A DNA stretch of 33,830 bases from Candidatus Thorarchaeota archaeon (GTDB lineage: Archaea; Asgardarchaeota; Thorarchaeia; Thorarchaeales; Thorarchaeaceae): NCBI GenBank assembly GCA_046482545.1, contig JAWOEX010000040.1, positions 1 through 33,830 of the forward strand. The letters are read 5' to 3'. Below the pieces are notes generated by a model. It was given only the letters and a program-made list of their open reading frames with translations. It made no database searches and had not been told where the DNA came from. This document shows, piece by piece, positions 18,039 through 27,045 of this stretch (positions are counted from its first letter, which is position 1; each line of letters opens with the position of its first letter). The position numbers were made by a program, and so were the translations under genes.

Positions 18039-18862
18039 AAATGCAGTTTGATTTCAATCTAATATTACAATTTCTGGATTCAATTCCACCGGAGATAGTT
18101 GATGCAGGTCGCCGTTATCTGATAGCGCTCGTTCTCTTGGCGGTGCTTGTGGTTATTAGCAAGTGGCAAGGACTTGGTATTCAGGATAAATTACTCGTTG
18201 GAACCGTAAGAGGCACGATACAGATCATATTGATGGGCTTCATACTGCTCGAGCTCTTTGCACTGCAGAATCTATGGTTGATTTTTGGTGTTCTAACCAT
18301 AATGTGTGTAGCTGCAGGCCATACTGCAAGCACTAATCTTGACGATGTACCAGGAGTGTTCAAAGTTGCGGTTCCGAGTATCACTGTTCCTACTCTCCTT
18401 GTGATGTTTCTCTCGATTCTTCTCGGCGTTATCGAACCGATAGGTGAATTTGTTATTCCAATGGGCGGCATGCTCGGTGGCAATGCTATGGGGACCACCA
18501 GCTTGGTTATTGAGCGGATGTGGTCCAATGCTCAGAAGGAGAGGAATCTCCTTGAGACCGCACTCTCACTGGGTGCTTCACCCAAACAGGCAATTGATGC
18601 TACAGTTACTGAAGCCATACGGGCTAGCTTCCTCCCGAATCTCAACAGGTATGCTGCACTAGGATTAGCCAGCATTCCTGGCCTGATGAGCGGAATGATT
18701 GCAGGTGGAATGAATCCTGTTGCAGCAGCTTTCTACCAGGTCATAATCTTCATCATGATATTCCTCTGCTTGGTGATTTGCGGGATGTTTGTAGGCCGCC
18801 TTTTCATGGACCGGATTTTCAACGAAAGATACCAGATTGAGGTTCCTGCGGCAAGAGGGTAA
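18035..18862 (+). CDS. fetB: ABC transporter permease (FetB/YbbM, UPF0014)
   Basis: RGTIQIILMG, IPMGGMLGGNAM, E.ALSLGAS, GLASIPGLMSGMIAGGMNP..AA.YQ. Confidence 0.85.
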   Translation: MKMQFDFNLILQFLDSIPPEIVDAGRRYLIALVLLAVLVVISKWQGLGIQDKLLVGTVRGTIQIILMGFILLELFALQNLWLIFGVLTIMCVAAGHTASTNLDDVPGVFKVAVPSITVPTLLVMFLSILLGVIEPIGEFVIPMGGMLGGNAMGTTSLVIERMWSNAQKERNLLETALSLGASPKQAIDATVTEAIRASFLPNLNRYAALGLASIPGLMSGMIAGGMNPVAAAFYQVIIFIMIFLCLVICGMFVGRLFMDRIFNERYQIEVPAARG

Positions 18863-18940
18863 GTGCAACCCGCCTTAAACTGATTAGTTGAAGAAAAGAC
18901 ATAATTAATCAAATCTGCTAATCAATATTGGTGTGGATAG

Positions 18941-19945
18941 TTGTTGGGATGGACAAGTAAGAAGACGACCTCTATAGTGGCATTATTACTTCTAGTGGGT
19001 GGTCTGGCATGTCTTGATTACTCGAACCATTTTGTACATTTGGCGATGGAGTCGGGAACTTTCTGGTGGGGCCGAGGGTCAGAAATAGTTGAGCTGAGCG
19101 CAAATTCCACCCAACCCCAAGTCAATGTCAGCATAGACGAAGTCATGCTCAACATAACCCACTTCAACGTATCTCAAGCTAATGCCAGCGTTCTCATCAG
19201 GGCGCAAAATGGTACTCTTATCTACAATCAGACAGAAATATCTGGAACGCTGATAGATGGCTTCACCAGTCATTCAGAAATCCCATCTTCTAACATTAGT
19301 CGGCAAACCTTTGTTATCACTGTTCTTTGGGAGGGGACCAATACAACAGTGAGTCTTGAATATTGGAAATACGGACTCATTTCTTGGACAGGGGTTCCAT
19401 ATGCGGTTGTTTCTCCAGGTTTCTACATGATCGTTGGAATCGGATTGCTTCTTGTTGTAGCAAGTAGCATCCTATTTCTATACAATAGCTGGCAGTATGG
19501 CAGAGCGGAAGATCATAAGCTTCAAGGATTCGATTATCTTATACTTCTGGTTGGGTTCTTGCTTCCCGCGTTTTCAAAAATTTGGTTCGCTCGGGACCAG
19601 ATAGCCTACATATTTCATTCACCCCTCTGGTACTATGTGCACTATCTGATTGTGGGAGCTGATTCATATGTGGGCTCAACAGTTTGTCCTAGGCCTGACT
19701 ACTTTGCTATTGCTGCTTTAGTCTGTAATGCGTTACTTGTGATTTCATTCTGGTTAGAGAGAAACAGAGGCTTACCAAAGCGAGTTTTCCAAGGTGTATT
19801 CTGGGTCAGTTTTATCGCTTTAATAGGGGCAGCCTTCTCTTCTCTCGTGGCTGCCTATGTTCCGGTGCAAGCAGATTTCCTGTTGGTTCCAGTGCCAATA
19901 TTGCAGGCAGGTGTTTGGCTTTTGAATCGCGAAGGAAACTGTTGA
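18941..19945 (+). CDS. Hypothetical membrane protein with glycosylated extracellular domain and multi-TM C-terminus
   Basis: 334-aa ORF with an N-terminal TM, many N-x-S/T sequons and about 5 C-terminal TMs. TTG start. Confidence 0.65.
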   Translation: MLGWTSKKTTSIVALLLLVGGLACLDYSNHFVHLAMESGTFWWGRGSEIVELSANSTQPQVNVSIDEVMLNITHFNVSQANASVLIRAQNGTLIYNQTEISGTLIDGFTSHSEIPSSNISRQTFVITVLWEGTNTTVSLEYWKYGLISWTGVPYAVVSPGFYMIVGIGLLLVVASSILFLYNSWQYGRAEDHKLQGFDYLILLVGFLLPAFSKIWFARDQIAYIFHSPLWYYVHYLIVGADSYVGSTVCPRPDYFAIAALVCNALLVISFWLERNRGLPKRVFQGVFWVSFIALIGAAFSSLVAAYVPVQADFLLVPVPILQAGVWLLNREGNC

Positions 19946-20232
19946 CGCTTCATGACCAGTTGTACAACCCAACATGGTTGAGAATATCGAGCAGAGGATG
20001 AAGACACTCGCAATTCCTAGCATTGAAAGAAGTGATACTATTCCCTTCAGTTGCTTGGATATTGTCAGCATTGCTATTCATGATATAAGAAGTGAATTGG
20101 AATCTAAGCAAATAGCTAGTCTGGGTCTGCGAGATGGATTCTGCCTTCTTTTTCTCTAGGTATTACCCATCATAGAATCCGGATTATTTGCTTGAGATAG
20201 CTTCGGTAGAACCTATGCCGGCTTCGACTAGT

Positions 20233-20271
20233 AAAAAGAAAAGAAGGGACGCTAGATATAACTAACGTCCC
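20233..20271 (-). terminator. Hairpin + U-tract terminator of the phospholipase-like gene
   Basis: GGGACGCTAG-N6-CTAACGTCCC (20246-20271), followed on the minus strand by TTCTTTTCTTTTT. Confidence 0.6.
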
Positions 20272-20288
20272 GCTAGTTACTGGTTATT

Positions 20289-21602
20289 CTAGACAGTGTA
20301 CGAATCAGTGGTTTCTACATTGAGCGTTGAATCATAGGTGCAGTCTGCCTTTACCACATCCATGACAGTCACAGTATGTGTTCCAGAAGCTACGTCATTC
20401 TGACTGAAGGACGCCACTCCATCGGAATCTGTGGTTGCCGTTAGTGTCACGATGGTGCCGTCTGGATGTTCCCAATCGATTGTAACATCGGCCTCAGAAA
20501 CTGCATTCCCATCAGTATCCACAATCGTCACAAAACATTCGAGGTTCGTACTTGGAAACCTGCCGTGGATTATGGTTTCATCCCAAGATATGTCATCTAC
20601 GTGAATCATTGATGAGTCTCCATCCCCACCTCCCCCGTCGCCTGTAACTCCAGCTTCGGTAGAAGCATGATATATCATCTTCCCGATCGAAGTGGAACCC
20701 AGTTGCATCACTTCTACATTCCAAGCATAGAGCTGGTCAGTGGTTCCCTCTACAGTAATGCCATGATGAGTGGTACATATCTCGTTATCAAATCCATAGA
20801 CGATTTCTTCCAAGACTTCCTGGTAATGATCCCCAACATCCTGCCCCTCATATCCAGTAGTCCGTCCACTTCTATCAGATCCCATGTTGGCATATTGAGC
20901 ACACCATAAAGCCTCGTCGTGAGCAGAGTCGTTTACGAAGCTAACAGTGACATCAGGGCGAATAGCATTGAATTCATATTCATAGGCCTCATATGCACGG
21001 GTAGTTGCTTTCTCGTGGCAGCTATGATAGCTCATTCGGTAGGTGTAGCTTCCTACTCTACCTTTGTATTCTTCATGCTCCTTTCCAGTGTCACTTGCAT
21101 CATCATCTGTATGCATAGGATTAGAAATATCTGAAAGATAGTGTGTAAGGAGCCCCATAGACTTACGGGCATCTGATGCATACGCTGAGTCACTGGGTTC
21201 GCCTTCATTTACCCAGTAGGTGAGATTTCCTACAACCCAACCATAACATGTTTGAACTGCATCTGGTGCGTCTCTATCAGGAGGGCCTCCTCTGTACCCA
21301 TAGTCACCAAAGTCGTAGTTATGATTGCTCCAATCTTGGTATTCCATGTCAGGAACTTCTGTCCAGTAAAGATACTCTGCCATGTCTTCCTCCAACCAAG
21401 TCACCAAATTCGGATAATCCTCTTTAACATAGGTTTTCCCGTATTTGGCAAATTGATCGTGTGTTCCATAATCGGGGTCGTCTTCATTTCTACTTGCTCC
21501 ACCATTACTCCAAGCCTTGCAATCGGTTACTCCAGAGACAAGTGGAATTACCAAAACAAACAGGAACAAAGCCAACACAAACTTATTTCTAGTGTTCATC
21601 AT
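20289..21602 (-). CDS. Secreted Zn-dependent phospholipase C / S1-P1 nuclease-fold enzyme with C-terminal Ig-like domain
   Basis: Signal peptide from M at 21602, with predicted cleavage CKA|WSNGG giving an N-terminal Trp. GTHD, MGLLTHYLSDISNPMHT and YHSCHE supply Zn ligands. GGGG linker, then a beta-sandwich domain. Confidence 0.75.
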   Translation of the reverse strand: MMNTRNKFVLALFLFVLVIPLVSGVTDCKAWSNGGASRNEDDPDYGTHDQFAKYGKTYVKEDYPNLVTWLEEDMAEYLYWTEVPDMEYQDWSNHNYDFGDYGYRGGPPDRDAPDAVQTCYGWVVGNLTYWVNEGEPSDSAYASDARKSMGLLTHYLSDISNPMHTDDDASDTGKEHEEYKGRVGSYTYRMSYHSCHEKATTRAYEAYEYEFNAIRPDVTVSFVNDSAHDEALWCAQYANMGSDRSGRTTGYEGQDVGDHYQEVLEEIVYGFDNEICTTHHGITVEGTTDQLYAWNVEVMQLGSTSIGKMIYHASTEAGVTGDGGGGDGDSSMIHVDDISWDETIIHGRFPSTNLECFVTIVDTDGNAVSEADVTIDWEHPDGTIVTLTATTDSDGVASFSQNDVASGTHTVTVMDVVKADCTYDSTLNVETTDSYTV

Positions 21603-21880
21603 TTTCTCTTTCCCTAAGCGAGTCTTCTCTTCGGTTAGTTGGTGCTGTGATTTCTCTTCGAGCTTAATAGTATACTCATTGGATTTCCATTCTATAGTCA
21701 TGACGCGCGTTCTAGATTACTTTTGACCAGTACTTGGTACCGAATCCGAAGTGACTGTGAAGAATCTCAATCAATTGGTATGAATGCTGGTACCCATCGC
21801 CCCCAAACAATCACACCTTCTACACTTCAGGTTGGGTTTCTGCGAGCGCAACCCAATTTCTATGGGGGCTAAAAGTCCTA

Positions 21881-22501
21881 TTATTCTCGTTGACTAGAGA
21901 GAAATGACTTCACTCTTTCTAACAAATAGCACGGTGTCTTGCTAAGTGAGCTACTCACATTTCCCTTCGAGGTCTCTACAGCCTCGGCGATTTCAGAGAT
22001 TCCCTTTCCCTCCCAGATATGATAGTAGCAGTGCTCCAGCTGGGTGGATGTTAGGCTGAGGAAAGTTGTAAGAAAGAGAACAGAATGGATTACCATATGG
22101 GTTTCATCTTCGGAACTGTCCTTGCCGATTTTAAAGCCGGCAGATCGTGTCATGTATTTCGTCTGCTTGATTTCGTCAAGAGCTTCTCTCGCATTCCAGA
22201 AAGCGGGACCATCACACTCATCGGCATCCTCTTTTTTGATGACAATTTTTCCCGTGCCCAGTCCCACCCGGAATCTTATTTCTCTCATGAGGAGCCTATG
22301 AAAGAGAAACACAATCGGCTGCCAGCTATCTACGAGTAGTTCAATACTATCGCCTTGCGTCAGCGAGGGGCGAGCCCGGCTGTATTTCCGGAAGCGGCTT
22401 TCCACTTCTTCCAACAGACTTCGGATTTTCTCGTCCATTTCTTTACGTTCGCTAGATCCGACATCTCTTGATGCTACGATATCGATGATAGTGGCAATCA
22501 T
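21881..22501 (-). CDS. SatD-family protein (nucleotide-cyclase-like fold + C-terminal HTH)
   Basis: IIDIVASR, TQGDSIE, FRVGLGTG, DGPAFWNAREALD; C-terminal ISEIAEAVETSKGNVSSSL HTH. Confidence 0.78.
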   Translation of the reverse strand: MIATIIDIVASRDVGSSERKEMDEKIRSLLEEVESRFRKYSRARPSLTQGDSIELLVDSWQPIVFLFHRLLMREIRFRVGLGTGKIVIKKEDADECDGPAFWNAREALDEIKQTKYMTRSAGFKIGKDSSEDETHMVIHSVLFLTTFLSLTSTQLEHCYYHIWEGKGISEIAEAVETSKGNVSSSLSKTPCYLLERVKSFLSSQRE

Positions 22502-22508
22502 CTCTCAA

Positions 22509-23003
22509 TCACCCAATCAAAAGGAATCTGAAACCCATCCACGAGAAAGCAAGGCCCATTGTTATGCTCATGAGCGTGCCGAGAATATACCAATCAGCAC
22601 ATTCCCGATAGGTCGTGTCTCGACTGGAATACCTGAAAATCGCTTTTGCAGCAACTATTACAGAGAGGAAACTCAGAATTGATGAAAATGATAATTCTGC
22701 GTCATAGTATGCGATTAGGAATGCTAGATATACCAGAGTTCGCTCCGTGTAACCAATGAGATATCCTCCGGCTTTCAAACCGCCACACTTCCTTGCGATA
22801 TCCTTACCACTTTCTAGTTGTGAAAACATAAAATCAATGAGCGTTCCCGGTAAGGATAAAGTGAGCAGATAGATGAAGACTAAATCTAGAAATGGTTCGT
22901 AGAGTGGCGCTGTTGAAAATACTCTGACTATGAATAGGACGGCGGCACTGATTAGAATTAATGCTGATCCAATTATCCTCTGGTTCTCCATGTATGTGCA
23001 CAT
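22509..23003 (-). CDS. Membrane protein, SatE/DUF3307 C-terminal-like
   Basis: AGGYLIGYTERTL, AAKAIFRY, WYILGTLMS. Lies 7 bp upstream of satD. Confidence 0.7.
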   Translation of the reverse strand: MCTYMENQRIIGSALILISAAVLFIVRVFSTAPLYEPFLDLVFIYLLTLSLPGTLIDFMFSQLESGKDIARKCGGLKAGGYLIGYTERTLVYLAFLIAYYDAELSFSSILSFLSVIVAAKAIFRYSSRDTTYRECADWYILGTLMSITMGLAFSWMGFRFLLIG

Positions 23004-23266
23004 CCTAGTGTGTCGTTACCCTTATACAGTGGTTCAAGTTAACCCTTTCGATTAAGAACTCACATTGTTTAACTTTACATTAAACATATAACCGTCTTTC
23101 CTGCTTGACACGGAGAAAGAAACAACGGAATAGCGAAATCATATTCGGGTCTTTGTTGGGGGCAGAAGGTAGTCACTGAGCTAAGAAGTGGGTACCATTT
23201 CCCCTAAGTTAATCTTATCTGAGAAGATACGAAATGATTCTCTGACCAGAAGGTGATTTTGAACAA

Positions 23267-23908
23267 ATGACATTTTCCCGAAGTTTTTCCGATGAGGATC
23301 TCAGCATATTGCTTCGAATTCAGGATTTTGTTAGAACCGCCCATGCAGATAGCGATAGCCATGACTATTCGCATGTGTTTACAGTTTGTAAGTATGCAAT
23401 AGACATAGCAAAGAACATTCCTCAAGTAGTTGATCCATTCGTTACGATAGCAGGTGCTCTCTTGCATGACATTGGGAAAACAACAAGACATTTCTCTCAC
23501 CTTCACGGCGTCTTAGGCGCAACCCTTGCAGAAGAATTCCTAGATGCACTGAGAATTGATACTGAAATCAGGGATGCAGTCTGCCGAGTTGTAGTTCGAC
23601 ATACTCCAACTTCGAATATCCCGCCAGAATCCCCTGAAGAGAAAGTGGTCTATGACGCAGATACACTGGATCGGCTTGGTTTGATGGGCCTATTGAGAGG
23701 ATTCGTTGGAAAACGAGGGAGCATGGAGCAGATTCTCACCAAATACATGGAGAAGAGGAAGATGGATTATGATAAGCTCAACTATGATTATAGTAGAAAG
23801 GTTGGGGATTCCATGCAAAGCGAGCTTATGGAGTTCATTTTCCTAATTGAAGACAGGTTGGCCAAGCGCATGGCATCGATAGAGGATGTAGTTTCAGAAA
23901 TCGTGTAG
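23267..23908 (+). CDS. HD-domain phosphohydrolase
   Basis: SHDYSHV, ALLHDIGK, HGVLGA, RH, VYDADTLDRLG. Confidence 0.88.
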   Translation: MTFSRSFSDEDLSILLRIQDFVRTAHADSDSHDYSHVFTVCKYAIDIAKNIPQVVDPFVTIAGALLHDIGKTTRHFSHLHGVLGATLAEEFLDALRIDTEIRDAVCRVVVRHTPTSNIPPESPEEKVVYDADTLDRLGLMGLLRGFVGKRGSMEQILTKYMEKRKMDYDKLNYDYSRKVGDSMQSELMEFIFLIEDRLAKRMASIEDVVSEIV

Positions 23909-24038
23909 TTCACGAAAACAATCCAAGGCCAAGGAATACTGTATTGGCGAACTAGAAAAGTTTGTGGACGTTCAGCCTTCATTCCAAATTTGTTTCTGCT
24001 TGTCTGCATGAATTAGCATTGCTTACTCTCACCGACCC

Positions 24039-24099
24039 TATATAGAACACTACATAAGGTTTATATAGACCACTACATATTATGTAGAATGCTATATAG
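24039..24099. promoter_or_regulatory. Triple 18-bp operator-like repeat overlapping the PadR promoter
   Basis: TATATAGAACACTACATA (24039-24056), TATATAGACCACTACATA (24062-24079) and an inverted copy at 24081-24098 (reverse complement TATATAGCATTCTACATA). TATA box TTTATATA at 24060-24067. Confidence 0.7.
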
Positions 24100-24109
24100 G
24101 TGATGATAC

Positions 24110-24667
24110 ATGTTTGGTGGCCGAGGAAGCATGAAAATCAACAAGACTCGAATCAGCTTTGTCATGTTGATGGTGCTTGCAGCTCTAAAGGACCAGCCCG
24201 CCCACGGATATACACTCATGAAAAAGCTTCACGAGGGGTCCATGGGCTGGCATGTCAAGAGCGGCACCCTATATCCAGCTCTTCACCGAATGGTGGAGAA
24301 GGGTCTCATCACTGGTAGAAGGATTCCACACGAAAGCAAACCAGACGCTACTGAGTATAGCCTTACAGAGAAGGGAGAAGAAGTCCTTGATTCGGCCCTT
24401 AGGAAGCTCGGCCCCAGATTCAGGACACAAGGTAGAATCTGGTCCTTTCTAATGAAGCGGGCCGGCAAGGGTGTAACCTCCGATTTGTTGCGGCATACCA
24501 AGCATGAACCAAATCCGGTGATGTTTGCGTTAATGAAGCAACACTTCTGTTGTGGAGGACCTCACCGTGCATCGCCTAGGTTCCTTAAGAGATACCGTCA
24601 ACACCTCAAGGCTGAGCTGGAATGGGTTGATACGAAGCTCAAGGAACTATCTGAATCAAATGAATAG
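24110..24667 (+). CDS. PadR-family transcriptional regulator with Cys motif and C-terminal coiled coil
   Basis: PAHGYTLMKKL, SGTLYPALHRM...GLI, YSLTEKG; HFCCGGPH; RBS GGTGA at 24099-24103. Confidence 0.88.
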   Translation: MFGGRGSMKINKTRISFVMLMVLAALKDQPAHGYTLMKKLHEGSMGWHVKSGTLYPALHRMVEKGLITGRRIPHESKPDATEYSLTEKGEEVLDSALRKLGPRFRTQGRIWSFLMKRAGKGVTSDLLRHTKHEPNPVMFALMKQHFCCGGPHRASPRFLKRYRQHLKAELEWVDTKLKELSESNE

Positions 24668-24684
24668 GAGGTGAAAAACAGACC

Positions 24685-24879
24685 ATGCATCGACATCCGT
24701 CTAGAATGATTGGCTGTGGTCCCAGTATACCAGTTGGAAATTGCAATTGTCATCCATCTGCGATTAGCAACGAGACCAGAGTCAAGCATCTTGAAGCGAT
24801 GAAGTCCAAGCTGCAGGATATGATCAAGCAGCTAGATGACAGAATCACAGAGTATCAAAAGGTGGAAGAAGAGGATTAG
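24685..24879 (+). CDS. Small Cys/His-rich coiled-coil protein (DUF5320-like)
   Basis: Strong RBS GGAGGTGA upstream. GCGP..GNCNCHP followed by the heptad helix HLEAMKSKLQDMIKQLDDRITEY. Confidence 0.7.
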   Translation: MHRHPSRMIGCGPSIPVGNCNCHPSAISNETRVKHLEAMKSKLQDMIKQLDDRITEYQKVEEED

Positions 24880-24978
24880 GCATCTCAGACATTGAGTCTT
24901 GATGCGCGGGAAGAGTATCCTCTTCCTCCAATGCTCATCAGTTCAAAAACGGTTTTTTTCTATTTTCTTTTTTTTCTT
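24880..24978 (+). terminator. Hairpins + long U-tract ending the padR operon
   Basis: GCATC..AGAC/GTCT.GATGC hairpin at 24880-24905, then T-rich tract at ~24953-24978. Confidence 0.5.
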
Positions 24979-25090
24979 CGGGATAGGTCCAGTTGCTGAA
25001 ACTAGTATCTCATATGATGACTGGTTGAAGAAGATTGCGGTCTTCATAGGAAAGACGGTCTAATGACCAACATCGTAGCAGATGGGGACC

Positions 25091-25489
25091 TTAGGTATCG
25101 GTTCTTGGTCCGTAAAGCTCATGGATATTGCCTTCGGGATCTGCAAACATGGCAGTTCTCCGCATCCAAGGAGTATCATGCGGTTCGTGTATTGGTAATG
25201 CGCCCTTCTTTACAATCTCTTTATAGGCTTCTTCAACAGCTTTTGACGAAGGAAGCGGAAATGCGAGCTCAAAGGATTGTCCCTGTCTCTTTTGTTTGTA
25301 AGAATCATGGTTCGTAAATTGATGCATAGTGGATCTGGCACACACTGCAAATCTGACCCCTTCGTTTTCGAATTCTACATAATCATCCGTGGTATAGCTT
25401 TCTTTGAAGCCAAGAACAGATGAGTAGAATTCTGCAAGCTCTTGGACGTTATCTGTCAACACCGTGACTAGTCCGATTCTCGTTTTCAT
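25091..25489 (-). CDS. VOC/glyoxalase-family protein
   Basis: FYSSVLGF, ELAF, GA.PIHEPHDTPW..RTAMFADPEGNIHEL. ATG 25489 follows GGTGGAAG. Confidence 0.88.
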   Translation of the reverse strand: MKTRIGLVTVLTDNVQELAEFYSSVLGFKESYTTDDYVEFENEGVRFAVCARSTMHQFTNHDSYKQKRQGQSFELAFPLPSSKAVEEAYKEIVKKGALPIHEPHDTPWMRRTAMFADPEGNIHELYGPRTDT

Positions 25490-25679
25490 TTTCTTCCACC
25501 CGGTTTTTGGGCTCAATTTGGGTTAGAGTGAATGTTGAATATCTGATTTCAATAAGGATGTGTCGGTCGTCTAGTTTTCCGCTTAGAATATGCCATTTTG
25601 CATTCTTCGTCTGAATCCAACTGATAGGAGCATGATGATATCGACCCATGAAAATGGTTAAGTCACCAAATATCATGTT

Positions 25680-26927
25680 GTGAGCAGGTATTTGAATTTG
25701 TCTCGTGGATTTGATACTATCAATATGGAAGAAGTACTCCATAGAGCATCCAATCACATTTTCTCAATGGGGCTCAATGATGCTGCTAACCAGCTCTGCA
25801 ACTGCAACATGCAGTACGGCTTAGCGAAAATCCACATCGCACAATCGGAAATGGGCCAGGAGCCCGACGCGACTTTTATAGGTGCGCCAGATGCCACAGT
25901 TACCCGAAATCCACACAGGTGGAGTTTTGGATTCGGATATGGTGGAAAAGTCTCTTGGGGCTCCGGTACAGACGACCTGATAATTCTGGACGCAATGCCC
26001 AACGCCTGTGGCATGATGATTGGAGGTCTAGATGAATTGCCAGGAGTGGCTGATCTTGTGGACAAAGTCGACGCCATATTTGCCCGTGAAACCACAATCG
26101 ATGGAATTGAGATTGATTGGGATTTCGCAGTTGGTAACCACTTCGTAGATGTCTTTAGATTCGAGAATTCTCATCACAGATTCCCTTTCGAATACACTTT
26201 CATCATTCACGGTTCAGTTCCGGAACTGAAGGGTGATAATCCCACACAATGGGGGTTTGGTCTCTATTATCATCGGAGTGCTGAGCTGAGGAAGATTGCA
26301 AGAACAATCACTACACCCCTTGGTGATGTCCATGTCCTTACAGACGAGGCGGCTGGTGATTACTTGGAGTTCCTACGATTTGCTGAAGAGCTGGCTAGGA
26401 AGAAACGGTTGAAAGCGGCCGAGCTGCTATTTAAGGATTTCAAACCCATTTCTAATCCTCTTCACCAAGGACTCCTCAACATGAATGAGATGGTGCTAGG
26501 CTGTCAGAGTATACCCGAGAATGGAGAAAATGTGTTTCCCATCGCCCTTAGGGCTGATCAACCCGCCTATCTAGTAGAAGGGAAACGAAATCTGGAGGAT
26601 TCAACGATAGACCGCCTGAACTTCAGGGAGAGGGCTGAGGAATACGGGGTTCTTGGCAGATTAAGAAATTTAAATATCATTCCTCATGGTGGGGGATATA
26701 CCTTCCTCGACTTGGTGAAAGTGAAGCGAGTGCTGAAGGGCAAAGATCAAAGAAGGTATTTCGTTGCCGAGATAGCTAACACCAAAGAGGGGACGAAGAT
26801 CTTTGCATCTCCAGGAGAACTTGCATTCACGTATAGAGGAGAAGAAGTTGTGAAGCGTGCACTGGAGCTGAAGCTCTGTTCCATTGTTGCTAAGATGAGT
26901 CCTGAAATTGTTCTTAAAATATCCTGA
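25680..26927 (+). CDS. Divergent RtcB-like (GTP/Mn-dependent RNA ligase fold) protein
   Basis: RtcB-order motifs: APDAT, GFGYGG, PNACG, GNHFVD, IHGS, LHQG, PHGGG. Start uncertain (GTG 25680 or ATG 25725). Confidence 0.68.
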   Translation: MSRYLNLSRGFDTINMEEVLHRASNHIFSMGLNDAANQLCNCNMQYGLAKIHIAQSEMGQEPDATFIGAPDATVTRNPHRWSFGFGYGGKVSWGSGTDDLIILDAMPNACGMMIGGLDELPGVADLVDKVDAIFARETTIDGIEIDWDFAVGNHFVDVFRFENSHHRFPFEYTFIIHGSVPELKGDNPTQWGFGLYYHRSAELRKIARTITTPLGDVHVLTDEAAGDYLEFLRFAEELARKKRLKAAELLFKDFKPISNPLHQGLLNMNEMVLGCQSIPENGENVFPIALRADQPAYLVEGKRNLEDSTIDRLNFRERAEEYGVLGRLRNLNIIPHGGGYTFLDLVKVKRVLKGKDQRRYFVAEIANTKEGTKIFASPGELAFTYRGEEVVKRALELKLCSIVAKMSPEIVLKIS

Positions 26928-27045
26928 TTATCTATCTTGATACTTTTTGCACTAGATAGCTGTGCCAATGCATACTCTCTTTCAATGAGTAAACGTTTTA
27001 GGTTAGTCAATGTGTCCCGAGAATAGGCTAAGGGGTTTGTCTCCA

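Noticed and set aside
19974-20159. 61-aa ORF between convergent genes
   Set aside because: No RBS or motif support; could be spurious.
21603-21701. 33-aa N-terminal extension of the PLC-like ORF
   Set aside because: The signal peptide begins at M 21602/21599; the extension is probably promoter/UTR.
21799-21869. Short inverted repeats (GCCCCCA/TGGGGGC and TTGGGTT/AACCCAA) downstream of satD
   Set aside because: Only 7-bp stems; compatible with a terminator or chance, with no ncRNA features.
24039-24099. Repeats considered as a mini-CRISPR array
   Set aside because: Only 18-bp units with a 5-bp gap, one copy inverted, and no spacers or cas genes; an operator array fits better.
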